A stretch of 64,000 nucleotides of DNA from an uncultured Chlamydiae bacterium (GTDB lineage Bacteria; Chlamydiota; Chlamydiia; Chlamydiales; SM23-39): contig CAVSSM010000002.1 of the NCBI GenBank assembly GCA_963730605.1, forward strand, positions 192,001 through 256,000, read 5' to 3'. The notes beneath the pieces were generated by a model. The model ran no database searches. It was not told the origin of the DNA and saw only the letters and a list, made by a program, of their open reading frames with translations. Positions within the stretch are counted from its first letter, which is position 1. Each line of letters starts with the position of its first letter. Both the position numbers and the translations under genes were made by a program. Of the stretch, positions 20,852 to 30,891 are shown one piece after another.

Positions 20852-22437
20852 GGCAGCCTCCTTAGCTCTCTGAGAAACGCGATTGGGTCTTTAGAGCGGG
20901 TAAGCGCCTCGCCGATCAAAAGAGCTCGGTAGCCGAGCTGAAAGAGCCGGGCTGCATCAACAGGCGATGCGACCCCGGATGCTGCGACGGGCAATGCCGC
21001 TGCCGGGATTTTTCCGATCGCGATTTCATGGATTTCAGGGTGCATCGAAAAGTCATGCAAATTGCGTTGATTCACAGCGATGATTTCGGCTTCCCGGAAA
21101 TAGTCCAATTCTTTGGGGTCATGCACTTCCACGAGCGCTTCCAACCCGATTTTTTTCGCCGCCTCCATCATCTCTGGCAATCGCTCTTTTAAGAACGTCG
21201 CGATCAGCAAGACGGCGTCGGCCCCGTGCGCTGCGGCCTGGGCGATCTGAATGGGCTCAAGGATGAAATCTTTGCGCAAAATCGGCACGTGCGTGAGTCT
21301 TAGGCTTTTCACAACGGCTCCGAGATCTTCGAGCGTACCGTCGAATCTCGCCGACGTGAGGACGGAAATTGCCGCAGCTCCTCCCTGGACATATTGAGAG
21401 GCTTGGACCGCCGGGTCGGGAATGGCCCCGATTTTGCCAAGAGAGGGCGAAGCCCGTTTGATTTCAGCAAGGATGGCATGGGGGGTAGTGGCTAGGGCTT
21501 TTTTCAAGCTTTTTCTCTTCAAAGCCGCTTTGGCGACACTCACTCCTTCTTTCATACTCGCGGCTTTGCCAAAGAGGAAAATTCCGACGCCGGCATTGAG
21601 GACAAGCGTATCGGAAAGAGGCGAAGAGCCGGTAAGGGCGGCTCCAATGAGCATCGCATTCGTTTTCGCATCGCCGCCTTGGAGATCAACTCTCTTGCAA
21701 AGTTTCAGTCCAAGCGTTACCGGATCGATTTTGAGAGGCTCGATCCCCTTTTCAGTTACGAGCAAGGCGTCGGTCGTTCCAAGGCAGGTCAATTCATCAA
21801 GCCCGAATCCGTGAAAGACGAGCGAGCGCTTCGTGCCCAATCGAAAAAGGGTTTCTGCGATCACGGGAACTAATTCGGGCTTGTAGACCCCGATCATCAC
21901 ATGAGAACTTCCCGCTGGATTGAGAAGAGGACATACCAAGTTAAAGAGGGTGGGGATTTTCAATCCTTGGCGAACCGGCCGTATCTTTTGCATCATGGGA
22001 TAGAAGTTGCTGGCAAAACAAAATGCGAATCCCGTTTTTTCCAAACTGAGTTTGGGGTTTTCGAAGGAAAAGCCAAGCGCTTCTAACACGTCCGCCGAAC
22101 CTGAGCTCGAAGAGACGGAGCGGCCGCCATGCTTTACGACTGGTATGCCGCAGCGCGCGGCTAAGAGCGACGATCCGGTCGAGATATTGACCGTCCCCGC
22201 CCCGTCTCCCCCTGTGCCGACGATGTCGAGGACCGGATAATCGATGTCGAAGGGCGCCGCTTGCTTGCGGAGAGCGCGGATAAATCCTAGAAGCTCTTCG
22301 ACGCTCTCGCCTTTCATCCGAAGAAGCGAAAGGAGGGCTCCGGTTTGCGCATTGTTTTCCATTTTCTCTAACGCATCTCCACACTCACCCGGGGTGAGGT
22401 TTTCAAGTCTTACCAACTTTTCTAAATAGGCTTTCAT
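20842..22437 (-). CDS. trpD: fused anthranilate phosphoribosyltransferase / indole-3-glycerol-phosphate synthase (TrpD-TrpC)
   Basis: [19 protein letters not shown]; then [20 protein letters not shown]. Confidence 0.92.
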   Translation of the reverse strand: MKAYLEKLVRLENLTPGECGDALEKMENNAQTGALLSLLRMKGESVEELLGFIRALRKQAAPFDIDYPVLDIVGTGGDGAGTVNISTGSSLLAARCGIPVVKHGGRSVSSSSGSADVLEALGFSFENPKLSLEKTGFAFCFASNFYPMMQKIRPVRQGLKIPTLFNLVCPLLNPAGSSHVMIGVYKPELVPVIAETLFRLGTKRSLVFHGFGLDELTCLGTTDALLVTEKGIEPLKIDPVTLGLKLCKRVDLQGGDAKTNAMLIGAALTGSSPLSDTLVLNAGVGIFLFGKAASMKEGVSVAKAALKRKSLKKALATTPHAILAEIKRASPSLGKIGAIPDPAVQASQYVQGGAAAISVLTSARFDGTLEDLGAVVKSLRLTHVPILRKDFILEPIQIAQAAAHGADAVLLIATFLKERLPEMMEAAKKIGLEALVEVHDPKELDYFREAEIIAVNQRNLHDFSMHPEIHEIAIGKIPAAALPVAASGVASPVDAARLFQLGYRALLIGEALTRSKDPIAFLRELRRLPCS

Positions 22438-22991
22438 TTGCAGATCTCCACAAAATTGTTGATGAGGATCTCCCCTTCGGGAGTGAGGATGGATTCGGGA
22501 TGAAACTGGACGCCGTAAATAGGATAGACTGGATGTTTGACAGCCATGACGATCCCATCTGCCGTTTCGGCATGAATCTCCAAATCGCCGGGAGCGACTG
22601 CCAGCGAATGGTAGCGGCCGGCTTTAAAGGGAAGCGGCATATCCTTAAAAAGTGCTTTTCGGTTATGGAATATCAGGCTCTCTTTTCCGTGCAAAATCGT
22701 GGGGCTTTGCACCACCTTGCCTCCATAGGCAAGCCCGATCGCTTGATGGCCTAAACAAACGCCGAGGATCGGTACCTTAGCGCCAAAATGGCGGATGACT
22801 TCAACAGAGATCCCCGCGTCCTCTGGCCGCCCTGGGCCAGGAGAGATGATGATCCCTTTTGGATTTAGCCTCTCGATCTCCTCTATTGAAATTTCGCCGC
22901 TCCGCGCCACCATCACGTTGGGATAGCTCACCCTAACCGCTTGGTAGAGGTTGTAGGTAAAACTATCGTAGTTATCGATGATGAGAATCAT
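22434..22991 (-). CDS. trpG: anthranilate synthase component II
   Basis: IDNYDSFTYNL, SPGPG, GVCLGHQ, QFHPES. Confidence 0.93.
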   Translation of the reverse strand: MILIIDNYDSFTYNLYQAVRVSYPNVMVARSGEISIEEIERLNPKGIIISPGPGRPEDAGISVEVIRHFGAKVPILGVCLGHQAIGLAYGGKVVQSPTILHGKESLIFHNRKALFKDMPLPFKAGRYHSLAVAPGDLEIHAETADGIVMAVKHPVYPIYGVQFHPESILTPEGEILINNFVEICK

Positions 22992-24298
22992 TTTGCGCCT
23001 CCGGCCAGTTTCAAAGCATCCAAGACTGTGGACGCTTTCAGCCTTGTTTCATCGGCTTCTTTTTGAGGGTCGGAATCGAGGACGATCCCTGCTCCTGCCC
23101 GAATGTAGGCGATCCCGTCCTTGATGAACGCCATCCGGATCGCAATGCAGCTCTTCAGATTGCCTTTGCCGTCGAGGCAGACAATGCTTCCCCCATAAAG
23201 CCCTCTGCGCGAAACCTCCAGCTCGTCGATCAGCTCCATCGCCCGAACCTTCGGCGCGCCCGTCAAAGTGCCCGCGGGAAAGGATGCCTTGAACGCGTCC
23301 AGGGATGAAAAACGGGGGTCGAGCTTTCCGACGACGCGCGAAACGATGTGGGTGAGATGGGAGAATTGGATGGGTTGTTTGTAAGACGCGACCTTAACCG
23401 TTCCAGGCAAAGAGATCGAACCGAGGTCGTTTCTTGCTAAATCGACCAGCATCACATGTTCAGCGCTCTCTTTCGGGTCGGCAAGGAGCTTTTCAATCGA
23501 TCCCTTAGGCCCGCAAGTTCCGGCGATCGGCATAGATTCGACTTCCCCCTTTTCGACCGAAATGATTTTTTCGGGAGAGGCCCCAGCGATGGCAAAATCA
23601 TCGAACTCGAAAAAGAAGAGGTAGGGAGCTGGGCTCGTTTGCCGCAACGCCCGATAGATTTGGAGCGGCTCTGCATTCGTGTTCACCTTGAAGGTGCGAG
23701 ACGCTACGATTTGGAATATATCGCCGGCCACGAGATGTTTTTTTGCCTTCTCGACGATCCTTCGATATTCGGCGTCGGTGAGATCGCAAGCGACCTCGAT
23801 TTCGGATTTTTCCCCGAAAATAGGGAGCTTTTTTCCCGCCAGCATCTTTTCGATTGCAAGGTCGATCTCAACGTTCGTTTCTGCTGTTACCTTGAAACTG
23901 CCCCGCTCATGGTCGAAAAGAACCGATGTCCGGTAAAATTGGAAAAAGAAGTCAGGCAGATAGAAAAGATCCGGATGGCGCGCCGGGATGTTTTCTTTGC
24001 ATCGAACGGCGTCATACGTGACGAACCCGACCGCAGGGAGGCTGAATCTTTTTTCCAAAAGAGCGAGGATTTCATACGGATCGCCATCGAAAGTCTCTTG
24101 GCAGCCGCCAGTCTGAAGCTCTGACTTTTGCCCTCTTGCAGTAAATGTCGCGACCGGTTCGATTCCGATAAAGGAATGGCGGCCGCCGTCTATTCCGGTG
24201 ACTGTCGATTCGAGCAGGCAAGCCCCTTTTTGCGCGAGGCTTGCGTAGGCCGTCACCGGCGTCAGTTGATCTGCGGGATGCTCCCGTGTGATTGTCAT
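22988..24298 (-). CDS. trpE: anthranilate synthase component I
   Basis: LLES, GASPE, EHVMLVDLARND, FPAGTLTGAPK, AGAGIV. Confidence 0.93.
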   Translation of the reverse strand: MTITREHPADQLTPVTAYASLAQKGACLLESTVTGIDGGRHSFIGIEPVATFTARGQKSELQTGGCQETFDGDPYEILALLEKRFSLPAVGFVTYDAVRCKENIPARHPDLFYLPDFFFQFYRTSVLFDHERGSFKVTAETNVEIDLAIEKMLAGKKLPIFGEKSEIEVACDLTDAEYRRIVEKAKKHLVAGDIFQIVASRTFKVNTNAEPLQIYRALRQTSPAPYLFFFEFDDFAIAGASPEKIISVEKGEVESMPIAGTCGPKGSIEKLLADPKESAEHVMLVDLARNDLGSISLPGTVKVASYKQPIQFSHLTHIVSRVVGKLDPRFSSLDAFKASFPAGTLTGAPKVRAMELIDELEVSRRGLYGGSIVCLDGKGNLKSCIAIRMAFIKDGIAYIRAGAGIVLDSDPQKEADETRLKASTVLDALKLAGGAK

Positions 24299-24316
24299 GC
24301 TTTTCTCCTATCCCTC

Positions 24317-24589
24317 CTAGGAGACGAGCTGCCTCCTCAGTTCGGGATCTAATGTTTTTAATACGTTCGAGCCGCGGCTCACATTGGCGAGGCTGATCGG
24401 CAGGTCCGAGGCAATCTCCCGCTGTGTTCTCTCCCCCCGGATGAGCTCCCGGAAAACCAGCATCCGGAACGCGATCTCATGCCTCTCTGTGTGGGTTAAA
24501 ACCGCCTTGAGAAGCTCGCTGAGCTCTTCGCGAGACGCCCTCTTACAGAGGTCTAAAAACGCCCGCCAACCATCTTCCTCGTTACTCAT
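24317..24589 (-). CDS. trpR: Trp operon repressor
   Basis: LTxxER, TQREIA, VSRGSN helix-turn-helix; first gene of the operon. Confidence 0.9.
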   Translation of the reverse strand: MSNEEDGWRAFLDLCKRASREELSELLKAVLTHTERHEIAFRMLVFRELIRGERTQREIASDLPISLANVSRGSNVLKTLDPELRRQLVS

Positions 24590-24607
24590 AAGATTTCCTG
24601 CAAAACT

Positions 24608-24645
24608 ATAATGTAATAGTACATCATAACATTATTTTTTGTCAA
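24608..24645 (-). promoter_or_regulatory. trp promoter (TTGACA-18-TACTAT) overlapped by a putative TrpR operator
   Basis: Dyad ATAATGT...ACATTAT; core GTAATAGTACATCATAAC at 24613-24630 resembles the chlamydial trp operator as recalled. Confidence 0.75.
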
Positions 24646-24703
24646 CTCTAGACAAAAACCACCTAGTCAGAGTAACTTAAAGCTCATTGAAATTGGGCCT
24701 TTT

Positions 24704-26281
24704 ATGATCCCCGACTATCATCAAAATGAAGAATTCCAGAACCGGTCCCGCAAGTTAGCGGAGATTAGGGAGTTAGGGGTAGAGCCTTATCCCCATAAAT
24801 ATCCGGCCACGGAAAAGGCGGCGCAGCTTGCCCTGGAGACTGAAGGGAAGGACGCGGGGCACCACGACGACGCTGCGACAGGCAATACGCGGAGAGTCTT
24901 TGTGCAAGGGCGCCTTGTCCTTTTCCGCCCGATGGGGAAAAATGCCTTTGCGCATCTTCAGGACGAGACGGGCCGGATCCAGATCATGTGCAACCGCGAC
25001 CTGACTCAAGTCGACGGGTTTACGCCGCAAGGCGAGCTCACCCACCTCAAATTCATCGAGAAGAAGCTCGACCTCGGGGACATCATTGGAGTTGAAGGGA
25101 ATCTTTTCAAAACGCAGCGCGGCGAGCTGACTGTTTTCGCAAAAAAAATGACTCTTCTCTGCAAATCGCTCCTTCCCCTTCCCGACAAGCATAGCGGCCT
25201 TGCGGACAAAGGGGTTCGTTACCGCAAAAGGTGGCTTGATCTCATCACCCATCCCGAATCGCTCGCTAAATTCCGTCTTCGCTCGCGGATCCTCCTCAGC
25301 ATCCGGCGCTATTTCGAAGAGGCGGGTTTTGAAGAAGTGGAAACTCCCGTCCTCCAAAACATCTACGGCGGAGCGGCGGCGCGCCCCTTTACGACCCACC
25401 TTCACGCCCTCCATCAGGACATGTTCCTTCGGATCGCCCTAGAGATTTCCCTGAAAAAGCTGATCGTCGGCGGCATGCAAAAGATCTTCGAGATCGGGAA
25501 AATCTTCCGCAACGAAGGGATCGATAGGACCCATAATCCCGAATTCACCATGCTCGAGGCTTATGCTGCGGGCTGGGATTACAACGACATGATGGAATTT
25601 ACGGAAAACCTCTTCGAGTCGATTGCCATCGAGCTATTCAATGAACCGAAAATCCGCATCGTTTCCGAAACCGAGGCGACCGCACAAGTGATCGACCTCA
25701 AAGCCCCCTGGAAGCGGATGACGATGATAGAGGCGGTCAAAACTTACGGCGGGTTCGATGTGGACCGATTACCTGAGCAAGAGATGCGTGCCCGCCTTCA
25801 AAACGAGCCGCACATTGATCCGAAAAAGATCCAAAACGCCTCTTCGAAAGGGGCTCTCATTGCCCTCTTCTTCGAGGAGTTTGTCGAAAAGCACCTCATC
25901 CAGCCCCATCATATCATCGACCATCCGATCGAGACGACGCCGCTTTGCAAGCTCCATCGAGAGCCTGATCTTCGGAAAATGGGTTTAGTGGAGCGCTTTG
26001 AGAGTTTTATCCTCGGCAGGGAGATGTGCAATTCCTACAGCGAGCTGAACGATCCGGAACTGCAGCGGAAACTCCTCGAGGAACAAGCGGAAAAGCGGGC
26101 CGGAGGGGATCTCGAAGCATGCCCTTTGGATGAAGAATTCATGGAAGCGATCTGCCAGGGCATGCCCCCGACGGCGGGAGTGGGCATCGGCATCGACCGT
26201 CTCGTCATGCTCTTTACAAGCGCCGATTCGATCCGCGACGTCCTCTTCTTCCCGCTCATGAAGCCGGAGGATCATCTCTAA
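24704..26281 (+). CDS. lysS: lysine--tRNA ligase, class II
   Basis: GGAAARPFTTH, FRNEGIDRTHNPEFT, GMPPTAGVGIGIDRL. Confidence 0.96.
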   Translation: MIPDYHQNEEFQNRSRKLAEIRELGVEPYPHKYPATEKAAQLALETEGKDAGHHDDAATGNTRRVFVQGRLVLFRPMGKNAFAHLQDETGRIQIMCNRDLTQVDGFTPQGELTHLKFIEKKLDLGDIIGVEGNLFKTQRGELTVFAKKMTLLCKSLLPLPDKHSGLADKGVRYRKRWLDLITHPESLAKFRLRSRILLSIRRYFEEAGFEEVETPVLQNIYGGAAARPFTTHLHALHQDMFLRIALEISLKKLIVGGMQKIFEIGKIFRNEGIDRTHNPEFTMLEAYAAGWDYNDMMEFTENLFESIAIELFNEPKIRIVSETEATAQVIDLKAPWKRMTMIEAVKTYGGFDVDRLPEQEMRARLQNEPHIDPKKIQNASSKGALIALFFEEFVEKHLIQPHHIIDHPIETTPLCKLHREPDLRKMGLVERFESFILGREMCNSYSELNDPELQRKLLEEQAEKRAGGDLEACPLDEEFMEAICQGMPPTAGVGIGIDRLVMLFTSADSIRDVLFFPLMKPEDHL

Positions 26282-26287
26282 GAGACT

Positions 26288-26803
26288 CTAAGGACCTCGA
26301 TGGACGATCCGGTTAAAAGTCCAAAGCAAAACGCTGGTTAAAATCAACCTCGCCTTCTCGGAAATTGTATTTACGATTCCTTCGACAAAATGCATCTTAG
26401 AATAGATTTTCCTGCAAAAATCGGTTTGTGGAATTGGCTTGCAAGCAGCCGAAATCAAGCATTCTTCAAAGGTCCTATTCTTCAAATCAAGAGGCGGGTT
26501 AGCCAGATCGACAAGGGCTCGTTCTTCCTTGGAATCGATTTCCCAGCGGAAAGATGGATGGGCTCGATCGACAAGAGCCGCCTGCAACTCCTTTTCACGG
26601 CATACTCTAAGAGCTTCGGTAGTGTTGAAACTGCAGATACGAACCTCCGAGCAGACTTGGCTGGTTATCCCCCATTTGACCAACCAAATTCCTAGCTGAG
26701 TCCCAGAAGCTACCAATGCAACTTTCAGAACGGTCGATTCAACTTCTCGCAAAAGATTGTCAGCGATCCTTAGAGCGTCTCGGTACAGCGCATAAATTAT
26801 CAT
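26288..26803 (-). CDS. hypothetical membrane protein with ALVDxAxP repeats (paralog 1)
   Basis: Aligns along its length with 26985-27566 (QLGxWLxKxGI, SQVC, CxPxPQxxFC, HRGP end). Confidence 0.65.
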   Translation of the reverse strand: MIIYALYRDALRIADNLLREVESTVLKVALVASGTQLGIWLVKWGITSQVCSEVRICSFNTTEALRVCREKELQAALVDRAHPSFRWEIDSKEERALVDLANPPLDLKNRTFEECLISAACKPIPQTDFCRKIYSKMHFVEGIVNTISEKARLILTSVLLWTFNRIVHRGP

Positions 26804-26898
26804 AAAATCTTTTAAAGTAAATACTAACAATCTATAGATTGAAACATAAAAACAAAAATGATTATGCTACTACAGCACGAATAAAATCAACCCTGCGC

Positions 26899-26968
26899 GA
26901 GCACTGATTCGATCCGAGGGCGTCCTCTTCTTCCTGCCCATGGAGCCCAGAGGATCATCTTTAAGAGA
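26899..26968 (+). repeat. degenerate copy of the lysS 3' end
   Basis: GATTCGATCCG...CGTCCTCTTCTTCC...GAGGATCATCT..AAGAGA matches 26225-26285. Confidence 0.8.
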
Positions 26969-26984
26969 GGCTCCTAAGAGGGTG

Positions 26985-27566
26985 TCAAGGGCCTCGGTGG
27001 GCGATCCGCTTGAAAACCAAAGCTAACTGTGCAAAACCGTTGACCATGTATTGGAGGAAACTCACGTTGCCTAAAACCGTATAGGCTGTCTTGGAGGTTG
27101 TGCTTACGATTCCTTCGGCATAATTCATTCCCGCATGGAATGCCTTACAAAAGTTGGATTGAGGCACGGGATTGCAAAGCTGAGTGGGGCTCTCCCAACC
27201 CATAGGAGGATTTGCAAGATCGACAAGAGCTGTTTCTCTTTTGAGATCGGCTGCCCACCCAAAAGGTGGTTTGGCGAGATCGACAAAGGCGGTTTCTCTT
27301 TTAGAGGGATCGGCTTCCCAGCCAAAGGGTGGACTCTCAGGATCGATAAGAGAGGTCTCACGCCTCGAAACGGCCGGTTCTTGGCAAGCACCCTCAGGGC
27401 AGACTTGGCTAATTCCCATTTTGGTTAGCCAGAGTCCTAACTGAGCAGCCGCAGCTGCGATCGCAACTCTCATAGCGATCGACGACATTCTCTCCATCAT
27501 ATTGTTGGGCAGGTTCTGCAGAGCCCCCGCGAAATTCCATTGGTTTTGTAATCCAGGTATTGCCAT
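26985..27566 (-). CDS. hypothetical membrane protein with three ~20-aa RETxxVDxxxPPxGW repeats (paralog 2)
   Basis: AGAGGA RBS; two hydrophobic segments flank a Cys-bounded repeat region. Confidence 0.75.
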   Translation of the reverse strand: MAIPGLQNQWNFAGALQNLPNNMMERMSSIAMRVAIAAAAAQLGLWLTKMGISQVCPEGACQEPAVSRRETSLIDPESPPFGWEADPSKRETAFVDLAKPPFGWAADLKRETALVDLANPPMGWESPTQLCNPVPQSNFCKAFHAGMNYAEGIVSTTSKTAYTVLGNVSFLQYMVNGFAQLALVFKRIAHRGP

Positions 27567-27704
27567 AAAAACATCCTCTTTTTTTAATAAATTATAATAT
27601 AAACAATTAAAATTATATCAAACAAACAATTAAAAATCAATAGTAAAAAATTTTATAAAAATCATAACTTGAACTATAAACCGCCTGGAGATATACTACT
27701 ACAT

Positions 27705-28349
27705 ATGATCAGAATCAACAACTCTTATCCCGATCGACTCTATTATCCGATGGCCAACGAGTCAAAAAGGGAATTCCCCTTTCCTTTGGCAAAGATCATC
27801 CTCACGGCTGGACTGCTCTATCTCCATGAACACGGCCACGCTCATGCAGCGAACCTCCTCTATAAAAATGCGAATCCCCAAATTACCTTTTCTGCGACCG
27901 GAGGCAACTGCACCTATAACAGCGCTCGGTTGAGCGAGCTTGGGGGGAAGTTCGGCCCATCTCATGCCAAGGCCCTCGTCGCCTCTGCGGGCTCGATCGT
28001 AGAGATGATTGCAATGCTCGCCATAACGGTGCTGACGCGCTCAGACAAACGGACGGCGCAGCTCATGCTCTCCAAAGCCGCGCACCTATCTATTTATGCT
28101 CTCAGCGGGCTTTTCTCTCGGGCTTGCTTCCCAGGCCATGATTTTTGCATCATTCGGAATAGCTCCGGCGATTTCGCCTATGGCTTGCTTACTGCCGCAT
28201 GCCTGGCCACGACCGCTCTCATCACGAAGAACGCCCTGCAAAGAGAACAGCCGGTCATGCAAAGAGCGAAACATACGTACTATCCTAGAGAGCATCAAAC
28301 AAGACGAGTCGCCCCGATCTCCTACTCCCCTCATCTTCAAGTGATGTAA
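27705..28349 (+). CDS. M50-like membrane metallopeptidase (putative)
   Basis: YLHEHGH next to a TM segment; ASAGS; GHDF. Confidence 0.55.
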   Translation: MIRINNSYPDRLYYPMANESKREFPFPLAKIILTAGLLYLHEHGHAHAANLLYKNANPQITFSATGGNCTYNSARLSELGGKFGPSHAKALVASAGSIVEMIAMLAITVLTRSDKRTAQLMLSKAAHLSIYALSGLFSRACFPGHDFCIIRNSSGDFAYGLLTAACLATTALITKNALQREQPVMQRAKHTYYPREHQTRRVAPISYSPHLQVM

Positions 28350-28424
28350 GATTACATCGTTTCTAACGCAGCTTCAGAGAGTGTCTACAAAGCAGGGTGG
28401 CCCTCCCCCTCCTGCCAAAACTAT

Positions 28425-28593
28425 TAACCTGAGTTTTGGGTTCATTTGCCTGAGCTTCAATTTCTTTCGGCATCTTTTTGACTTTTCGCCTCGGCAAGAT
28501 GCTTGTCCCGATATTGCTCTCGGCTCCAAAGCGCAAAAATATGCTCGAAATATCCTTGAATCTCATAGACAAATGAACCCAAAACTCAGGTTA
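28425..28593. mobile_element. MITE family B (169 bp)
   Basis: Perfect 24-bp TIR TAACCTGAGTTTTGGGTTCATTTG; second copy at 37516-37854. Confidence 0.9.
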
Positions 28594-28735
28594 TTATTTT
28601 GAAACATGCATAGTTTTTATTTTGTTTAGTAAAAAAAATTTCACTTTACTTTCATTAAATTGCCAAAAAAACAGAACATAGGCTAAAATACATAAATGTT
28701 TTCTAAAATAATCTTTAACAAATAGGAGCATAAAG

Positions 28736-29026
28736 ATGACCGCAGGAATCAATAACTTTTCCACCCCCAATCCCCCTTCACTTAAAAAGGAACGGGAAGA
28801 TGCTAAAAATAAGCACCAGATAGAAAAGACTGAGCAGCTGAGATCTGAGCGGCTAAATCGAATAAATTCAGGGGAGAGGCCATCAGCAGCAAAAAGACAG
28901 CTTTTTAAAGATCGGCAAGTGGCCTGGGGATCCGGGTCTTGCAATCCAGATAGCAATCCCCAAGATAAGCGTCCGCCAGATGGGGGATCATCATCTGCTA
29001 GCTACAGTCTCGTTGACAATTCTTAA
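28736..29026 (+). CDS. small hydrophilic hypothetical protein
   Basis: AGGAG RBS; AT-rich upstream region; downstream terminator. Confidence 0.6.
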   Translation: MTAGINNFSTPNPPSLKKEREDAKNKHQIEKTEQLRSERLNRINSGERPSAAKRQLFKDRQVAWGSGSCNPDSNPQDKRPPDGGSSSASYSLVDNS

Positions 29027-29040
29027 CAAGTTTTTGCTTT

Positions 29041-29070
29041 GGCAAGAGTGATTCGCTCTTGCCTTTATTT
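29041..29070 (+). terminator. intrinsic terminator
   Basis: GGCAAGAG-tgattcg-CTCTTGCC-TTTATTT. Confidence 0.7.
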
Positions 29071-29230
29071 AACGCCAGTTTAACGTTAGGATTCAAGTGA
29101 TGTAAGGCAACACCACTCTCATCATTCTGATTACAAATCAGTTTGTTGCACGTTTTTTAAAGCGATCGGGGGTTGGTGAAAAATCCAGATTTATAGGCTT
29201 GAATATAAAATACTTGCTTAACGCGCCAAG

Positions 29231-29482
29231 TCACCCCTCCAACTCATCCACGACGAAATCGGAGCCGTGCGAGGTGAGAAGGATCATCGTGTCATCGACC
29301 TTCGTGATGAAATTAGCCTTGGCGAGTAGCTTGATGATATTTTTTACGGCCGATTCCTTTTGCCCAAGCCTTGCAGCAATTCCGCGGTAATCAATGGCTT
29401 TGTAGGGATCGCCGTTTTGATGGGCGAGCTTATAGAGTTGGATCAAAAACTTCTCGTCGGGAGTGCGTCCTTTTTGGCTCAT
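29231..29482 (-). CDS. small hypothetical protein, winged-helix-like
   Basis: Start overlaps the cysS stop (ATGA); IAARLG..ESAVKNII..L pattern. Confidence 0.65.
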   Translation of the reverse strand: MSQKGRTPDEKFLIQLYKLAHQNGDPYKAIDYRGIAARLGQKESAVKNIIKLLAKANFITKVDDTMILLTSHGSDFVVDELEG

Positions 29483-30891
29483 CGCTTTTTCAACCTCGCT
29501 CCCGTCGGCGTGTCTTCAATGAGATAGCCGCGGGCATGGATGGCGTCCCGCATCTCGTCGCTCAAGGCGAAATCTTTTTGTTTCCGGGCCTCTTCCCTCC
29601 GGGCGAGCATGTCGCGAAGATCCTGCGGCTCCTCCTCTTTTTCGCTAAGAGGCAGAACTGCGAGAACCTCATTCCACTTTTCGAACTGGGCCAATGTTTC
29701 CTCAGCCTCTTCTCGTCCGATCTTTTGGTCATCCGCAAGGACGTTCAACTCCCGGACGAGATCGAAAAGGGCGGCAAGGGCGGCGGAAATATTGAGGTCG
29801 TCAGCTATTGCTGACTTGAATCTTGCAGCGGCCCTTTCAAGAGGGGCTGCGCCAGCGCCGCTTTTTTTCTCTTCCTTGATAGAGCGGAGACGCAAAAACA
29901 GATCCTCGAACCGCTGCAAGCTTGCGCGGGCGGCGTCGAGGCCGGCAAAGGTAAAGTTGAGCTGAGTCCGATAATGGGTGGAAAGGAGAAGGTAGCGCAC
30001 TTCGGGCCCGCTATACTCCTTCTTGAGAAGATCGCGCAAGGTGTAGAAATTGCCGAGGCTTTTCGACATCTTCTTATGGTCGACAAGAAGATGTTCGGCA
30101 TGGACCCAATGGCGGACGAAATGGTGGCCCGTGCATCCTTCCGACTGGGCAATCTCATTTTCATGGTGTGGAAACATGTTGTCGACGCCCCCGCAGTGGA
30201 TATCGATGGTCTCGCCCAAAAGTTTCATGGACATGGCGGAGCATTCGATGTGCCACCCAGGACGCCCCCGTCCGAAGGGGCTTTCCCAAAAGATCTGCCC
30301 GTCGCGCGCCGGATCGTAGGCTTTCCAAAGGACAAAATCGGCGATATGTTCTTTGTCGTACTCATCCGATTCGTTCTCGCCGCTGGCATTGACCTTGAGA
30401 TCGTCAAGGGACAGGTGCGAGAGGCGGCCGTATGTTGAAAACTGCCCAATCTTATAATACACGCTGCCGCTCTCGCTTTTATAGGCGTATCCTTTTTTGA
30501 TGAGGATTTCAATGAGGCGGATCATCTCGGGAATATAATCGGTCGCGGCCGGATAATGTTCGACCCTTTCGATGCCCAGTTTCTTTAGGTCTTCGAAAAA
30601 GGCGATGCGGAACGGCTCAGTAAAGGTTTTCAGAGGAATGTTTTTCTGTATGGCCCCGCGGATCGTCTTGTCGTCGATGTCGGTAATGTTCATCGCCTGA
30701 TCGACCTGAAATCCAAAAAATTTGAGCGAGCGGCGCAATAAATCCTCAAAGACATAGGTCCTGAAATTCCCGATATGGGCAAAATCATAGATCGTCGGTC
30801 CGCAGGTGTACATCCGGATCTTGCCGTCTTGCGAAGCGATGGATTCCTTTTGCCGGGTCTCGGTATTAAATAGATTAAGCCGCATTGCCAT
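29479..30891 (-). CDS. cysS: cysteine--tRNA ligase
   Basis: CGPTIYDFAHIGN, GRPGWHIECSAM, KMSKS. Confidence 0.96.
   Translation of the reverse strand: MAMRLNLFNTETRQKESIASQDGKIRMYTCGPTIYDFAHIGNFRTYVFEDLLRRSLKFFGFQVDQAMNITDIDDKTIRGAIQKNIPLKTFTEPFRIAFFEDLKKLGIERVEHYPAATDYIPEMIRLIEILIKKGYAYKSESGSVYYKIGQFSTYGRLSHLSLDDLKVNASGENESDEYDKEHIADFVLWKAYDPARDGQIFWESPFGRGRPGWHIECSAMSMKLLGETIDIHCGGVDNMFPHHENEIAQSEGCTGHHFVRHWVHAEHLLVDHKKMSKSLGNFYTLRDLLKKEYSGPEVRYLLLSTHYRTQLNFTFAGLDAARASLQRFEDLFLRLRSIKEEKKSGAGAAPLERAAARFKSAIADDLNISAALAALFDLVRELNVLADDQKIGREEAEETLAQFEKWNEVLAVLPLSEKEEEPQDLRDMLARREEARKQKDFALSDEMRDAIHARGYLIEDTPTGARLKKR

Noticed and set aside
26225..26968. Prophage or island attL/attR
   Set aside because: No integrase, only about 680 bp between the repeats, and paralogous genes favour tandem duplication.
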